DNA from: a virus
Lineage: Duplodnaviria > Caudoviricetes
Reading direction: 5' to 3' (one strand)
IMG/VR virus record: IMGVR_UViG_3300029288_000060
Span: 32,001-96,000 of that record
DNA length: 64,000 nucleotides
Under the pieces are notes generated by a model. It was not told the origin of the DNA. It ran no database searches and saw nothing but the letters and a program-made list of their open reading frames with translations. This document shows positions 1 through 9,474 of the stretch, in pieces (positions within the stretch are counted from its first letter, which is position 1; each line of letters opens with the position of its first letter). The position numbers were made by a program, and so were the translations under genes.

Positions 1-102
1 TGCTTTATGGTTTACAAAGGAATCATACTTCGTCGCCGAAAAACCAATGGAATAGAAACAGAACATAATGACCAATAACGTAAGAGCAATAATTTTTTTC
101 AT
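1..102 (-). CDS. partial secreted/membrane protein (5' end only)
   Basis: ATG at 102 with AGGAG RBS; MKKIIALTLLVIMFCFYSIGFSA looks like a signal peptide; runs off the window. Confidence 0.6.
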   Translation of the reverse strand, partial: MKKIIALTLLVIMFCFYSIGFSATKYDSFVNHKA

Positions 103-150
103 GTTGAATCTCCTTTTAGTTTAATATTATAATTCTAATTTATTTCATAT

Positions 151-162
151 TAATATATATAG
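151..162 (-). promoter_or_regulatory. putative early promoter motif CTATATATATTA
   Basis: Same 12-mer (1 mismatch allowed) upstream of five - strand operons. Confidence 0.65.
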
Positions 163-210
163 TTTTTTACAGGAAAACTAACAAAAAAATAAGAATTTTT
201 GTTAATTAGA

Positions 211-244
211 AGAGTGTGTTATATATAAATATATAACACACTCT
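211..244. terminator. intrinsic terminator hairpin
   Basis: Perfect 15-bp inverted repeat AGAGTGTGTTATATA/TATATAACACACTCT just past the deaminase stop. Confidence 0.75.
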
Positions 245-251
245 ATTTTTT

Positions 252-629
252 TTACTCATACTTTATAACATATGGATATTTATCAATCGTATAAAATATA
301 TTTTTAATACCTGCATACTCAATGTATTTCATACAATTGATGCAAGGTTTACTCAACCTAAGTTGCCCACTTTTATTTATTCTTACAACTAACATGCTAC
401 ATCCCTTTAAATCCATTCTTGCTTTAATAATAGCATCCACTTCTGCATGAACACTATATGGAAATCTTTGGAATTTTGGATGCAATTTTTTTACAGATTT
501 TTGAGACGTATTGTAACCTTTTGATAAAATTGTTTTTTTATCAAATATAATACAACCAACTTTATGTTGATGGTTACTTTTCTTTGCCTCCTCTATTGCT
601 AATTTTATTAATTTATTTGAAATAATCAT
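252..629 (-). CDS. Zn-dependent cytidine/dCMP deaminase family protein
   Basis: HAE and PCxxC motifs (VHAEVDA, SKPCINC). Confidence 0.85.
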   Translation of the reverse strand: MIISNKLIKLAIEEAKKSNHQHKVGCIIFDKKTILSKGYNTSQKSVKKLHPKFQRFPYSVHAEVDAIIKARMDLKGCSMLVVRINKSGQLRLSKPCINCMKYIEYAGIKNIFYTIDKYPYVIKYE

Positions 630-883
630 TTAGCTAATTCCATTCCAAATAAATGAACATGATCACATTCAGGACAACATATAATTTGGTCTCCTGCTTT
701 AGCACTAGGACCTATTAATGACGCTATGATTTTTTCATCTTTGTCAACGAATATAAATTGATTTGGACAAAACATAGATATATTCGGTAAAGCAGAATCC
801 AATTTAAGTTTTTCACCAGGAATTATTTTCTTACATTTATCACATATGTATTTTTTTCCTTTTACAGATTCAGAAAATAACAA
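626..883 (-). CDS. small Zn-ribbon protein
   Basis: CxxC...CPxC; AGGAGG RBS; overlapping stop/start with next gene. Confidence 0.55.
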   Translation of the reverse strand: MLFSESVKGKKYICDKCKKIIPGEKLKLDSALPNISMFCPNQFIFVDKDEKIIASLIGPSAKAGDQIICCPECDHVHLFGMELAK

Positions 884-896
884 CTATACCTCCTGT

Positions 897-1244
897 TTAT
901 CTTAAGAATTCATCAAAATTCCAGAAAAAGCTTTCTGATACACCTCCATTTCTAAGTATGTAATCAAAAACTCCACCAATTAACGTACCGTCTTCATCAC
1001 CAAAAACACAACGTTTTGCTTCTCCTGGTTCAAATTCGATATTATGATCAATTGCACTCTTTATCAGATTTTCTTGAGTATATATCGGATTTGATTTATA
1101 CCAATCATACTCTTCTTTAAAATCCTCAATGAGTTGCGGGTTTTCTTTTACAAAATCAACCAGATCTTTTTTTGTATCTGATTTATTTTTAATTATAAAA
1201 GATGTGCTGCTTGAGTTAGTTACAAAATCCATTTTTATTTTCAT
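897..1244 (-). CDS. MKxKxDFxTNSSS-motif family protein
   Basis: Start re-assigned to 1244 (MKIKMDFVTNSSSTSFII) to match paralogs at 43025, 60572, 60916. Confidence 0.75.
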   Translation of the reverse strand: MKIKMDFVTNSSSTSFIIKNKSDTKKDLVDFVKENPQLIEDFKEEYDWYKSNPIYTQENLIKSAIDHNIEFEPGEAKRCVFGDEDGTLIGGVFDYILRNGGVSESFFWNFDEFLR

Positions 1245-1245
1245 C

Positions 1246-1365
1246 TTATTTTCCTGCGAATTGATCTGCATCACATGTTTTTTTACGAGCAACAAATTTA
1301 TCAGTTACTGAACACTTTTTGTCTTTTCTTTTTTTACAATTTTTACATATTCTTTCTTTGTCCAT
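1246..1365 (-). CDS. 39-aa Cys-rich peptide (not in ORF track)
   Basis: MDKERICKNCKKRKDKKCSVTDKFVARKNTCDADQFAGK; AGGAG RBS; fills gap exactly. Confidence 0.5.
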   Translation of the reverse strand: MDKERICKNCKKRKDKKCSVTDKFVARKKTCDADQFAGK

Positions 1366-1717
1366 TTTTAATCTCCTTTTTCATTTTTTTATGAATTTTC
1401 CATGCTTCTGCTTCATCTTTTTCATATTGAATTTTATCTTTAATTATTTTTTCTTCTTTTAATCTGTAATCATATCCATTTATAAAATCTCCTATACACG
1501 TATGAATATTAAGTAATGTAGTTGTATATTTTGACCAAGATTTATTTAGGACAAAACACCAATTATCAGTATAAGAAATATGCTTATCTGTATTATCTAT
1601 AATTCTGTGGGAACTTGAACTATGTTGTATTAGAGTAAAATCTTTAACTGCTTCAATTTTTAATTTTAAGTTTTCTAAGGTATGACTACTAAATAAAATA
1701 AACTCATTTTCTTGCAT
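1343..1717 (-). CDS. hypothetical protein
   Basis: ORF in tightly packed - strand operon. Confidence 0.55.
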   Translation of the reverse strand: MQENEFILFSSHTLENLKLKIEAVKDFTLIQHSSSSHRIIDNTDKHISYTDNWCFVLNKSWSKYTTTLLNIHTCIGDFINGYDYRLKEEKIIKDKIQYEKDEAEAWKIHKKMKKEIKNGQRKNM

Positions 1718-1982
1718 GAATTACTCTTTCTGATTGTAATCCTTTTTCCCAGGTACTTCCTGATGCTTGAACTTCATCTAAATCTTTTTCTAATTGATGA
1801 TTTTTCATTAATTGATCTAAAGCGATTCTAGCAAATTTAGCCTGTCTGTCAGATCCAAAAGAGCCAAAATTCAAATATTTGTAAATTAATTGCATTGTTT
1901 CTTTAATATCATTACTTTCAATATTTTTTAAGATTTTATCAAATCTTTTATACCATACATAATCCTCAACTCTGTTTTTCAT
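1704..1982 (-). CDS. hypothetical protein
   Basis: ORF with GGAGG RBS in operon. Confidence 0.55.
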   Translation of the reverse strand: MKNRVEDYVWYKRFDKILKNIESNDIKETMQLIYKYLNFGSFGSDRQAKFARIALDQLMKNHQLEKDLDEVQASGSTWEKGLQSERVIHARK

Positions 1983-2142
1983 TCTTTAATCTTTCCTCCT
2001 CCTCTTTTCTAAATCTTTTTAAATAATACGCTGCGCTAGAACGAGTTTCTCCAGTGAGATAAGGTTTACCATTTTTGAATACTGCCCATGAATATAAATC
2101 ATCGCCTTCATATTTTTTCATTGTGTATTTATTTTTTGTCAT
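1966..2142 (-). CDS. 58-aa hypothetical protein (not in ORF track)
   Basis: MTKNKYTMKKYEGDDLYSWAVFKNGKPYLTG...; overlaps next start. Confidence 0.5.
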   Translation of the reverse strand: MTKNKYTMKKYEGDDLYSWAVFKNGKPYLTGETRSSAAYYLKRFRKEEEERLKNEKQS

Positions 2143-2168
2143 TTTTCATCCCCATCTTTAAAATTATT

Positions 2169-2184
2169 TAGAACAAATATTAAA
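2169..2184 (+). promoter_or_regulatory. putative late promoter motif TAGAACAAATATTAAA
   Basis: One of ~10 copies of WGAACAAA-n-TAAA placed upstream of transcription units. Confidence 0.6.
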
Positions 2185-2210
2185 TTTACTTTAGAAAAGG
2201 AAAAATAAAC

Positions 2211-2915
2211 ATGGAACATTATGATGAAAAGGGAATGGTAATTTGTCAAGAATGCAAAAAAGCTTTTCACTTAATAACTAAAAAACATTTAATGAAGCAC
2301 CATAATATTACATTATTAGAGTACAAAGTAAAATATTTAGATTTTCCTACTTGCAGCAAATCTTTCTCTGCAAAACAAAGATTAAAAAATGTAAATGTCT
2401 TTAAAGTACCAACAGATACAAGTGATAAGCTCATAGATGAACCAACTAAAGAAGAAATTAAAATTGAAGATTTTGGGTCTATAGAAATTGATAAAATTCC
2501 TAAAGTACCAAAAGAATATGCAGAAACAGTTTCAAATTTTATAGAAGAAGTTAAAGAATTTACTAAAGATTTTGATTCAACTTATCCAAACCCAAATAAT
2601 ATTATTCATAAAGATAAAATAAAATTTTTGAATTTTTTATTAATGTATTTTGGTAATGATGTAAAAAATTCTTATTTTGTAAACAAAATGACTAAAAATG
2701 GTTCTATAGAAGAAAGATTAGTTACAGATATAGCAATCGTTAGTTTAAAGATTAACTTTGAGTTTCCTGGTACTTTTTGGCACAATATGGATATACCTAA
2801 AGTAAATAGAGATTTTAAACTAAAAACAATGGGGTGGAAAATTATTGATATTCCAGGTCCAAAACCAAGTCTCTCTGATTTTAAAGAAATTCTTAAAAAA
2901 AATAATCTGATTTGA
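2211..2915 (+). CDS. C2H2 Zn-finger plus Vsr/DUF559-like endonuclease (homing-endonuclease-like, possibly degenerate)
   Basis: CxxC...HxxxH N-terminus; C-terminal DIAI..KINFEFPGTFWH...RD..LKTMGWKII pattern. Confidence 0.6.
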   Translation: MEHYDEKGMVICQECKKAFHLITKKHLMKHHNITLLEYKVKYLDFPTCSKSFSAKQRLKNVNVFKVPTDTSDKLIDEPTKEEIKIEDFGSIEIDKIPKVPKEYAETVSNFIEEVKEFTKDFDSTYPNPNNIIHKDKIKFLNFLLMYFGNDVKNSYFVNKMTKNGSIEERLVTDIAIVSLKINFEFPGTFWHNMDIPKVNRDFKLKTMGWKIIDIPGPKPSLSDFKEILKKNNLI

Positions 2916-2977
2916 TTACTTCCATAGAACAAACATTCATATATCAATTACTCTGATACAATTACTGATTTACTTTC

Positions 2978-3007
2978 GGGAGAGATACTTTGTTTAGTAT
3001 CTCTCCC
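2978..3007. terminator. bidirectional terminator hairpin
   Basis: GGGAGAGATACT/AGTATCTCTCCC between convergent genes. Confidence 0.75.
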
Positions 3008-3038
3008 ATTTTACCGGTGTTTTATAAAGTATCATATT

Positions 3039-3548
3039 TTATAATTTCAGTTCAGCACTTTTGTTTTTAAAATATATTTCAGTTTCTTCATTTACTTTAT
3101 CTCTTATATTATAATATTGACTATTTGACTCAGTAGTCATATCTTGAAATTTGTCATATAAGGAATCAATTAAAATATTTCTATAATCTTCGCTTAAATT
3201 TTTTGCTTCAATTTTACCATCTTCATACCATTCTAATATTTCCTGTACATCATTTAAAATATGTAATAATTCGTTTATTATTTTATTATTACAAAAATTA
3301 TTACTATAAAAATATATCAAATCCTCTAATGAACATGAATATTTATTATCATGCCATTGAGTAAAGCCCCCATTATAAACTTGGTTATCTAAGTCATCAA
3401 ATATTACTGCATATAAATAAATCAATCCTAATTCATCTTCCACCAAGTTTAAAAAAGAATAATATTTTAAGTTAGATTCTTTTTCCCATAGTTTATAAGC
3501 TACTTCTCTTAATTGTTTACGAAATTTGAAGCCTTCATTTTCTTGCAC
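3039..3548 (-). CDS. DUF4375/DMP19-like acidic protein (possible DNA mimic)
   Basis: DLDNQVYNGGFTQWHDN motif; strongly acidic helical protein; GTG start with GGAGG. Confidence 0.55.
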   Translation of the reverse strand: MQENEGFKFRKQLREVAYKLWEKESNLKYYSFLNLVEDELGLIYLYAVIFDDLDNQVYNGGFTQWHDNKYSCSLEDLIYFYSNNFCNNKIINELLHILNDVQEILEWYEDGKIEAKNLSEDYRNILIDSLYDKFQDMTTESNSQYYNIRDKVNEETEIYFKNKSAELKL

Positions 3549-3581
3549 TATAAAACCTCCATAACATTATTTTCTATAATT

Positions 3582-3593
3582 TAATATATGTAG
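3582..3593 (-). promoter_or_regulatory. putative early promoter CTACATATATTA
   Basis: Motif copy upstream of 3548 start. Confidence 0.65.
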
Positions 3594-3641
3594 TGGAAGT
3601 ATTAATATCTAATTTGTTTCCATCTAATATTGATAAAAACT

Positions 3642-3657
3642 TAGAACAAAAAATAAA
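3642..3657 (+). promoter_or_regulatory. putative late promoter TAGAACAAAAAATAAA
   Basis: Motif copy at head of the structural operon. Confidence 0.6.
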
Positions 3658-3675
3658 GATATGTAAAGGTGTTAA

Positions 3676-4608
3676 ATGATTAAATGTAAAATATGCCAAA
3701 AAGAATTTGATTCATTAAATTCGTTAGGACAGCATTTAGCACATCCAAAAATTAAAAAAAGCCATAATATAAAAGGAACTAAAGATTATTATGATTTGTT
3801 TTTAAAAAAAGATCAAAATGAGGGTATTTGTAAAATTGAGGGGTGCAACAACAATACAACATACATAAACTTAATAGTTGGATACCTAAAATATTGCTCT
3901 CATAAATGCTATAACCTTGATCCAGAAATTAAAAACATAAGATCTGAGAGTAATAGAAATAGAAAAGTAACAAAAGAAACAAGGTTAAAAATGAGTAGAA
4001 CAAGAATTAAATTATGGAGAGTTCCTAACTCACAATATAAAATGTTGGACCCAGAATTACAAAAAATAAAAGGACAAAAAGTTAAAAATCTTTGGAAGTT
4101 AAGAGATATAGATATGTTTAGTTCATACGGCATGATTTGGTCTATAAAAACAAGTATAAATATGAAAAGAGCCTGGGCCGACCCAAATAGTTTTTGGAGA
4201 AGTAAAGAATTTATAGATAAAGTTACACCAGGAAGAAGAAAGCATATGTTAGATGGTGGGGCGGCATATTGTAATTCATTTATCCAAAATCCATCAAAAC
4301 CTCAAGTAGAATTATATAATCGAATTAAAGAAATATACCCTGCTGCAATTTTAAATTATCCTTGTTATGAATTAAATTATAGTTTGGATATTGCAATTCC
4401 AGAATTAAAATTATGGTTTGAATCAGATGGATCTTATTGGCACAAAGATAAAAAAGAACAAGATTCAAAAAGACAAAAAGAAATTGAAGATTTTTTAGGT
4501 TGGGATTGTATTAGATATATAATAGATTCTATAGGTCAAGTTCCTTGTTTAAAAACAATAAAAGAAGATATAAAAAGTATTAAAACGGAGATTAAAATAA
4601 ATGGCTAA
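3676..4608 (+). mobile_element. free-standing homing endonuclease (Zn finger, NUMOD3-like, Vsr/EDxHD-type nuclease)
   Basis: CxxC..H..H + YYDLFLKK..NEGIC module; ETRLKMS repeat; LDIAIPELKLWFESDGSYWH nuclease motif. Confidence 0.75.
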
Positions 4609-7600
4609 TATTTATCCATTAACAACAACAACTGTAAGCCCATTTGCCGAATATAACAGCAATATTGTAAATCGACTCACGAGAATGGTTACCCTTGGAG
4701 AGAATTGTATTAAAGGGACACATTCATGTGAGGTAGAGATAGATACAACTTCGCCCACAACCTGTTTAACTATTTCTGAAGGCACTTTCTTTAAAGATGA
4801 TTGTATTCATTCAATTGATGCCGAGTTTAGCGTTGATATGTCTGAAGAAGACTTCTATGCTGATCCATCTGGTGGTTATTGGAATGAGGCAGGGTATTAT
4901 TTAATTGCTGCAGATTATACTTATACGAAATCAAAACCCGCACCAAGAGTTTCAATTAAAATTTTTAAACCAACACAATATGCTTTATTAAATACTGGGT
5001 ATTTATTCTTAAAAGCAGTTCTTGTTGCATTTAATGGCGTTGGTTTTGAAATTGTTTCTGTTCATGATTATTTACCAACTAATCCATTAGTTAGAAGAAC
5101 TTATGCAAAAATGTATATTGATTGTGAAGATACTCTTCCTACTTTTGTAACTTCTAGAGATGAAGGCAGAATTATATACACAAGAGATAATGAAGGTATT
5201 TATTTTGGTCAGTCTGGAAGATGGGAAGCAGTTCAAGCAATTAGAGATGAAATTGATACAATAGCATGTACAGTTGGTCAATTAGCTTATTTAGGTTTAG
5301 ATGGTGCAGTTTATCCTGCAATTGCAAATTCAAACGCAACCTTAGCATCTTGTGTAGTTTTACAAGTTGGATATAGATCTGATGGATCAGGTCAGGTCAG
5401 ACTTTATGGTGTTGCTGACAATGTTCCAGTCGAACCTGGAATAACTGTGGTTACTGGAGATGGATGTTATTTATCTTCGAATACACCTGGATGTATTACA
5501 AATCAAATTCCTGCCAATTTTACTCAATATGTTGGTAGGTCTATCACAGATTCCACAGGAACAGATACCGTAACCTTATGGTTCCAACCTGGGTCCGGAG
5601 GTATGTCATCTGGTTCTTCCCTATATGATTATTATCAAGATTTATTAATTACTTCTATTTTCTTAAGAATGTCAATGGATGCTTTTATTAACTCAGATTA
5701 CATAGATTTGGTTAATACCACAGCAGCACTAGACACAGTCAATTATGAAATTGATGGTGAAAATGGAGAAGTATTTCAATCTTTAAATTTGACAGATGTA
5801 AGTTCTGTTGGATATGATGGTACATGTATAACCGCATGTATGGTTTGCGCTCAAGGAACAGTTCAATCAGTCCAAAATTGGTATATAAGTAATAATGGTG
5901 CAGACGCAACCCCAGATTGGGAACAAGTTAGTTTAAATCAAATTCATTATTTCTCAACTGATTATGTAATGGTTACAGGACCATCATCTGGTTCTGGGTT
6001 GACCATTGGAGAATTAGTGGAAGGAGGAACTTCTGGTTTTAGTGGAACTGTAATAATGGATTATTCCACAGATGGAACTCCTCATTTATTAATTTATGAT
6101 ATAACTGGAGCTGGATCATTTACAGTCGGAGAAACTTTAACAGGTTTAAGTTCAGGTGAAACTGTTGTGGTTGCGGCTGGTTCATATAAAAGAGATATAA
6201 ATTATGAAGATTTAAGAGTTAAATGTGAGTTTACAGGAACAGGAACAATTGAAGATTATGGTGTTTTATATGAAATAAACTCGGCAATCGTTGAAACTAT
6301 TCCAGAAAATGCAAGAAATATCGATACACTATACGCAGATTTATATACAATTCCAAGTCAAGACAATGATGGATTAGCAAATTTAACCACCCCAATAGAA
6401 ACATGTAAAACAAATTTACAAATATTTGTTGGTTCTTCTGGAGATTTAGACGCAACTCCATCATATAATAGTCCAGATGGTGGTTACCCATTAATTGTTA
6501 CTCAAGGAAATAGTTTAGAATCTGCAGCTAAACAATTAGATTTACAAGCTTATCAATCATATCTAGATTCTATATATGTTCCTTTACTTAATTCTTCATA
6601 TATGGAAAGATGTTCATATGACGGGTTTGTTGACAATTCACAAATTGATTTAGTATCTTCAGACGCAACTTATAATTCCACGACTCACGCGGTTGATGGA
6701 ACAGCAGGTCAAATACTTATTTCTGATGATATGTATGATACCAGTGCATCATTACCTTATGTTGATGCAACACAAATAAGCGCAGAAGTTAATTTAACAG
6801 CTCCACATACAGCAAATGATTATATTTGGTATTTATCAAATGATGGGGTTAATTATGAAGCCACAGATATAAATACCGTACATTATTTTTCAACTGTACA
6901 ATTACCTGTAGACACAACAGGTGTATTCACGATTGGAGAAATTGTTCTTGGGTTAACATCTGGAACTTTTGGAACTTTTAATGGAATAGCAGCAGACTCA
7001 GTTTCTATTTTATTAAGTGAAGTTGGAGGTTCAGGAACATTTACAGTTGGGGAATATGTTGAAGGACAAAGTTCTGGAGCAATTGCAGACGTTACAGGAG
7101 CTCAAACAAATAGAACTGGAGCTGCATATCAACATTTATACATGATGTGTTTATTTGGAGTTAATGGTGGCCATATAAATAGTTATGGGCTATTATATGA
7201 TATAAATAATTCAATTATCACAACCATTCCACAAAACACAAATAATATATCTCAATTAGCAGCAGATCTATACACAATTCCTAGTTTAGATGATGATGGA
7301 CTTGCAAATCTTCCAGTCCCAATTGAAACATGCAAAAATAATTTAATATCATTTACAGGAAGTTCTGGAGACGCTGACGCTGCGCCAACTTATTCATCAA
7401 GCACAATCGTTACCCAAACTGGAGATTTAGAACAAGCAATTGGTGAATTAGACGTTTCAATTTCTACCACAACTTCAATAATTTCTACGTCAGATGGTGA
7501 CACAACTCCAACAGTTTTAAATGGATCTGGAAAACAAGCAGGAATCTTAGAAACTGTAAATAGCGGAGCTACATCAATCACAACTTTTGATAACGCAAAA

Positions 7601-7771
7601 TCTGGACAAAGAATAATTGTTCATTTTGATGATAATAATACCACATTGGTTAATGGGGCAACTCTTAAATTACAAGGTGGAATAAATTTTCATGCTGCAC
7701 AACATGATATAATAGAATTAATTTCCATAAGCAATGTATGGTATGAAATTGGAAGAAGTATTAATTCCTAA
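4601..7771 (+). CDS. large virion structural protein with internal tandem duplication (fibre/baseplate attachment)
   Basis: 1056 aa, acidic, Gly/Thr-rich; two ~310-aa repeats (WYxSN, HYFST, FTVGE, ADLYTIPS.D.DGLANL..PIETCK.NL). Confidence 0.7.
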   Translation: MANIYPLTTTTVSPFAEYNSNIVNRLTRMVTLGENCIKGTHSCEVEIDTTSPTTCLTISEGTFFKDDCIHSIDAEFSVDMSEEDFYADPSGGYWNEAGYYLIAADYTYTKSKPAPRVSIKIFKPTQYALLNTGYLFLKAVLVAFNGVGFEIVSVHDYLPTNPLVRRTYAKMYIDCEDTLPTFVTSRDEGRIIYTRDNEGIYFGQSGRWEAVQAIRDEIDTIACTVGQLAYLGLDGAVYPAIANSNATLASCVVLQVGYRSDGSGQVRLYGVADNVPVEPGITVVTGDGCYLSSNTPGCITNQIPANFTQYVGRSITDSTGTDTVTLWFQPGSGGMSSGSSLYDYYQDLLITSIFLRMSMDAFINSDYIDLVNTTAALDTVNYEIDGENGEVFQSLNLTDVSSVGYDGTCITACMVCAQGTVQSVQNWYISNNGADATPDWEQVSLNQIHYFSTDYVMVTGPSSGSGLTIGELVEGGTSGFSGTVIMDYSTDGTPHLLIYDITGAGSFTVGETLTGLSSGETVVVAAGSYKRDINYEDLRVKCEFTGTGTIEDYGVLYEINSAIVETIPENARNIDTLYADLYTIPSQDNDGLANLTTPIETCKTNLQIFVGSSGDLDATPSYNSPDGGYPLIVTQGNSLESAAKQLDLQAYQSYLDSIYVPLLNSSYMERCSYDGFVDNSQIDLVSSDATYNSTTHAVDGTAGQILISDDMYDTSASLPYVDATQISAEVNLTAPHTANDYIWYLSNDGVNYEATDINTVHYFSTVQLPVDTTGVFTIGEIVLGLTSGTFGTFNGIAADSVSILLSEVGGSGTFTVGEYVEGQSSGAIADVTGAQTNRTGAAYQHLYMMCLFGVNGGHINSYGLLYDINNSIITTIPQNTNNISQLAADLYTIPSLDDDGLANLPVPIETCKNNLISFTGSSGDADAAPTYSSSTIVTQTGDLEQAIGELDVSISTTTSIISTSDGDTTPTVLNGSGKQAGILETVNSGATSITTFDNAKSGQRIIVHFDDNNTTLVNGATLKLQGGINFHAAQHDIIELISISNVWYEIGRSINS

Positions 7772-7792
7772 TAGATAAGGAGAATTAAAAGA

Positions 7793-9451
7793 ATGTCCCA
7801 ACAAACAGCTCGTCAATCAATTGCAAATTATTATATAGATCCTTTAGCAAGTTCCACAGATCATGGAGATTCATCTGTAAATGGAACCATTGCGTGGGCG
7901 CTTTCTCAATTACCTGTGGGTGGAGGAATTATACAATTAGTACCTGGTGACTATAATTTATTGCAAAGATTAGATATTCCCCGTGATAATGTATCAATTA
8001 TAGGATGTGGAAAAACCTCCAGACTTATATTAGACCAATCTGTGACTGATGACTGTTTTATTGATGTTCAGACAAATTTAAATTTTACATTAAAAGATTT
8101 ACAAATATATGGATCTGGTGGATCTGCTTGTACATTACCAGCAATTATTGGAACATTTAATATTGGAGAATTTACAAATTTAAGAATTGATAATGTATAT
8201 TTTAATGAATTAACAGAAGGTGCAATTGACTTTACTAATTTAACTTTTTCAAATATTACTAATTGTAATTTTGAAAATATTGACTCAACTTCTGCAATTA
8301 TATTAACATCAAGTCTACATAATAATATTATTGATAATAATATCATTACGTATGAAGAAGGTATTTTATTAGATACTTGTCTAAATTGTAATGTAAGTAA
8401 TAATAACATTAAATTTATAGGAAACGGAGCTTTTGGTATTTCTATTCAAAATAATTCTATAGACAATAATGTTACTGATAATAACATTGATGGAAATTCA
8501 CATGATATTACTTTTGGAATGATTTATTGTGAAGGTGGAATTAGTTCAGTAAATTATAATAATTTCTCAAATAATACATTTAGAAATGTTGCTCCGGCAA
8601 CAGGAAATGGAATAACAATTTCCAATGGGATTGAAAATAATATAATTGGAAATATTTTTGATTCATTAACTGGTAATGGGGTTGAATTAGTTGGAACAAC
8701 TCATTATCATAATATAACAGGAAATAATTTTAATAGTTTAATTGGTATATCTATAAAATTGGATCAACTTTCTAATTTTAATAACATAATTGGAAATAAC
8801 ATATCTGGAGTTGCAACAATTGGTATTCAATTAGCAGCAACATCAACATATAATAATATTTCTGAAAATCATATTTCTGGAGCTTCAGGAAGTGGAGTTG
8901 AGTTAACAGCAACTTCAAATTATAATAAAATTACAAATAACGAAATATATACTTTAACAGATGGGATAAAAATAGATGGTAACTCAGATAATAATGTAAT
9001 TTCATTAAACTATATTGCATCAATGGGTGGATCAGGAATTTTAATTAATAATGCAAACTGTAATACAAACTCTGTATTTCAAAATAAATTTCTTTCATGC
9101 ACAACTGCAAATATAACCAACAGTGGAACTGACACTTTACAGGATATGCACTTTCTTTCCAGAGTTGCAGTTTCAGACGCAGATAGGAATACATCAGCTT
9201 TATCAAATGATTATTTAGTTGCGTTTACAGCTTTAACTGCACCAAGAGCATATACAATTTCATCAGAAGATGCCGCACAAACTGGGAGAGTATTTATAGT
9301 TAAAGATGAATCTGGGGATGCAGGAACTCACACAATTACAGTTTCAGTCGAAGCAGGAACTATTGATGGTGCAGCGTCAGTTCCTATAAATGGAGATTAT
9401 TCGAGTATAACATTATATGCAATAGGTGATGGAAATTTATCCATTATTTAA
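7793..9451 (+). CDS. tailspike-like right-handed beta-helix protein
   Basis: Many NosD/pectin-lyase type NNxIxxN repeats; DHGD...G(T/S)IA(W/Y) head motif. Confidence 0.8.
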   Translation: MSQQTARQSIANYYIDPLASSTDHGDSSVNGTIAWALSQLPVGGGIIQLVPGDYNLLQRLDIPRDNVSIIGCGKTSRLILDQSVTDDCFIDVQTNLNFTLKDLQIYGSGGSACTLPAIIGTFNIGEFTNLRIDNVYFNELTEGAIDFTNLTFSNITNCNFENIDSTSAIILTSSLHNNIIDNNIITYEEGILLDTCLNCNVSNNNIKFIGNGAFGISIQNNSIDNNVTDNNIDGNSHDITFGMIYCEGGISSVNYNNFSNNTFRNVAPATGNGITISNGIENNIIGNIFDSLTGNGVELVGTTHYHNITGNNFNSLIGISIKLDQLSNFNNIIGNNISGVATIGIQLAATSTYNNISENHISGASGSGVELTATSNYNKITNNEIYTLTDGIKIDGNSDNNVISLNYIASMGGSGILINNANCNTNSVFQNKFLSCTTANITNSGTDTLQDMHFLSRVAVSDADRNTSALSNDYLVAFTALTAPRAYTISSEDAAQTGRVFIVKDESGDAGTHTITVSVEAGTIDGAASVPINGDYSSITLYAIGDGNLSII

Positions 9452-9474
9452 TTTTTTAAAAGGAGATTTCATAA

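Noticed and set aside
252-629. Deaminase as proof of uracil-containing DNA
   Set aside because: Such deaminases are common in phages; no dUTPase/UNG-inhibitor evidence is visible here.
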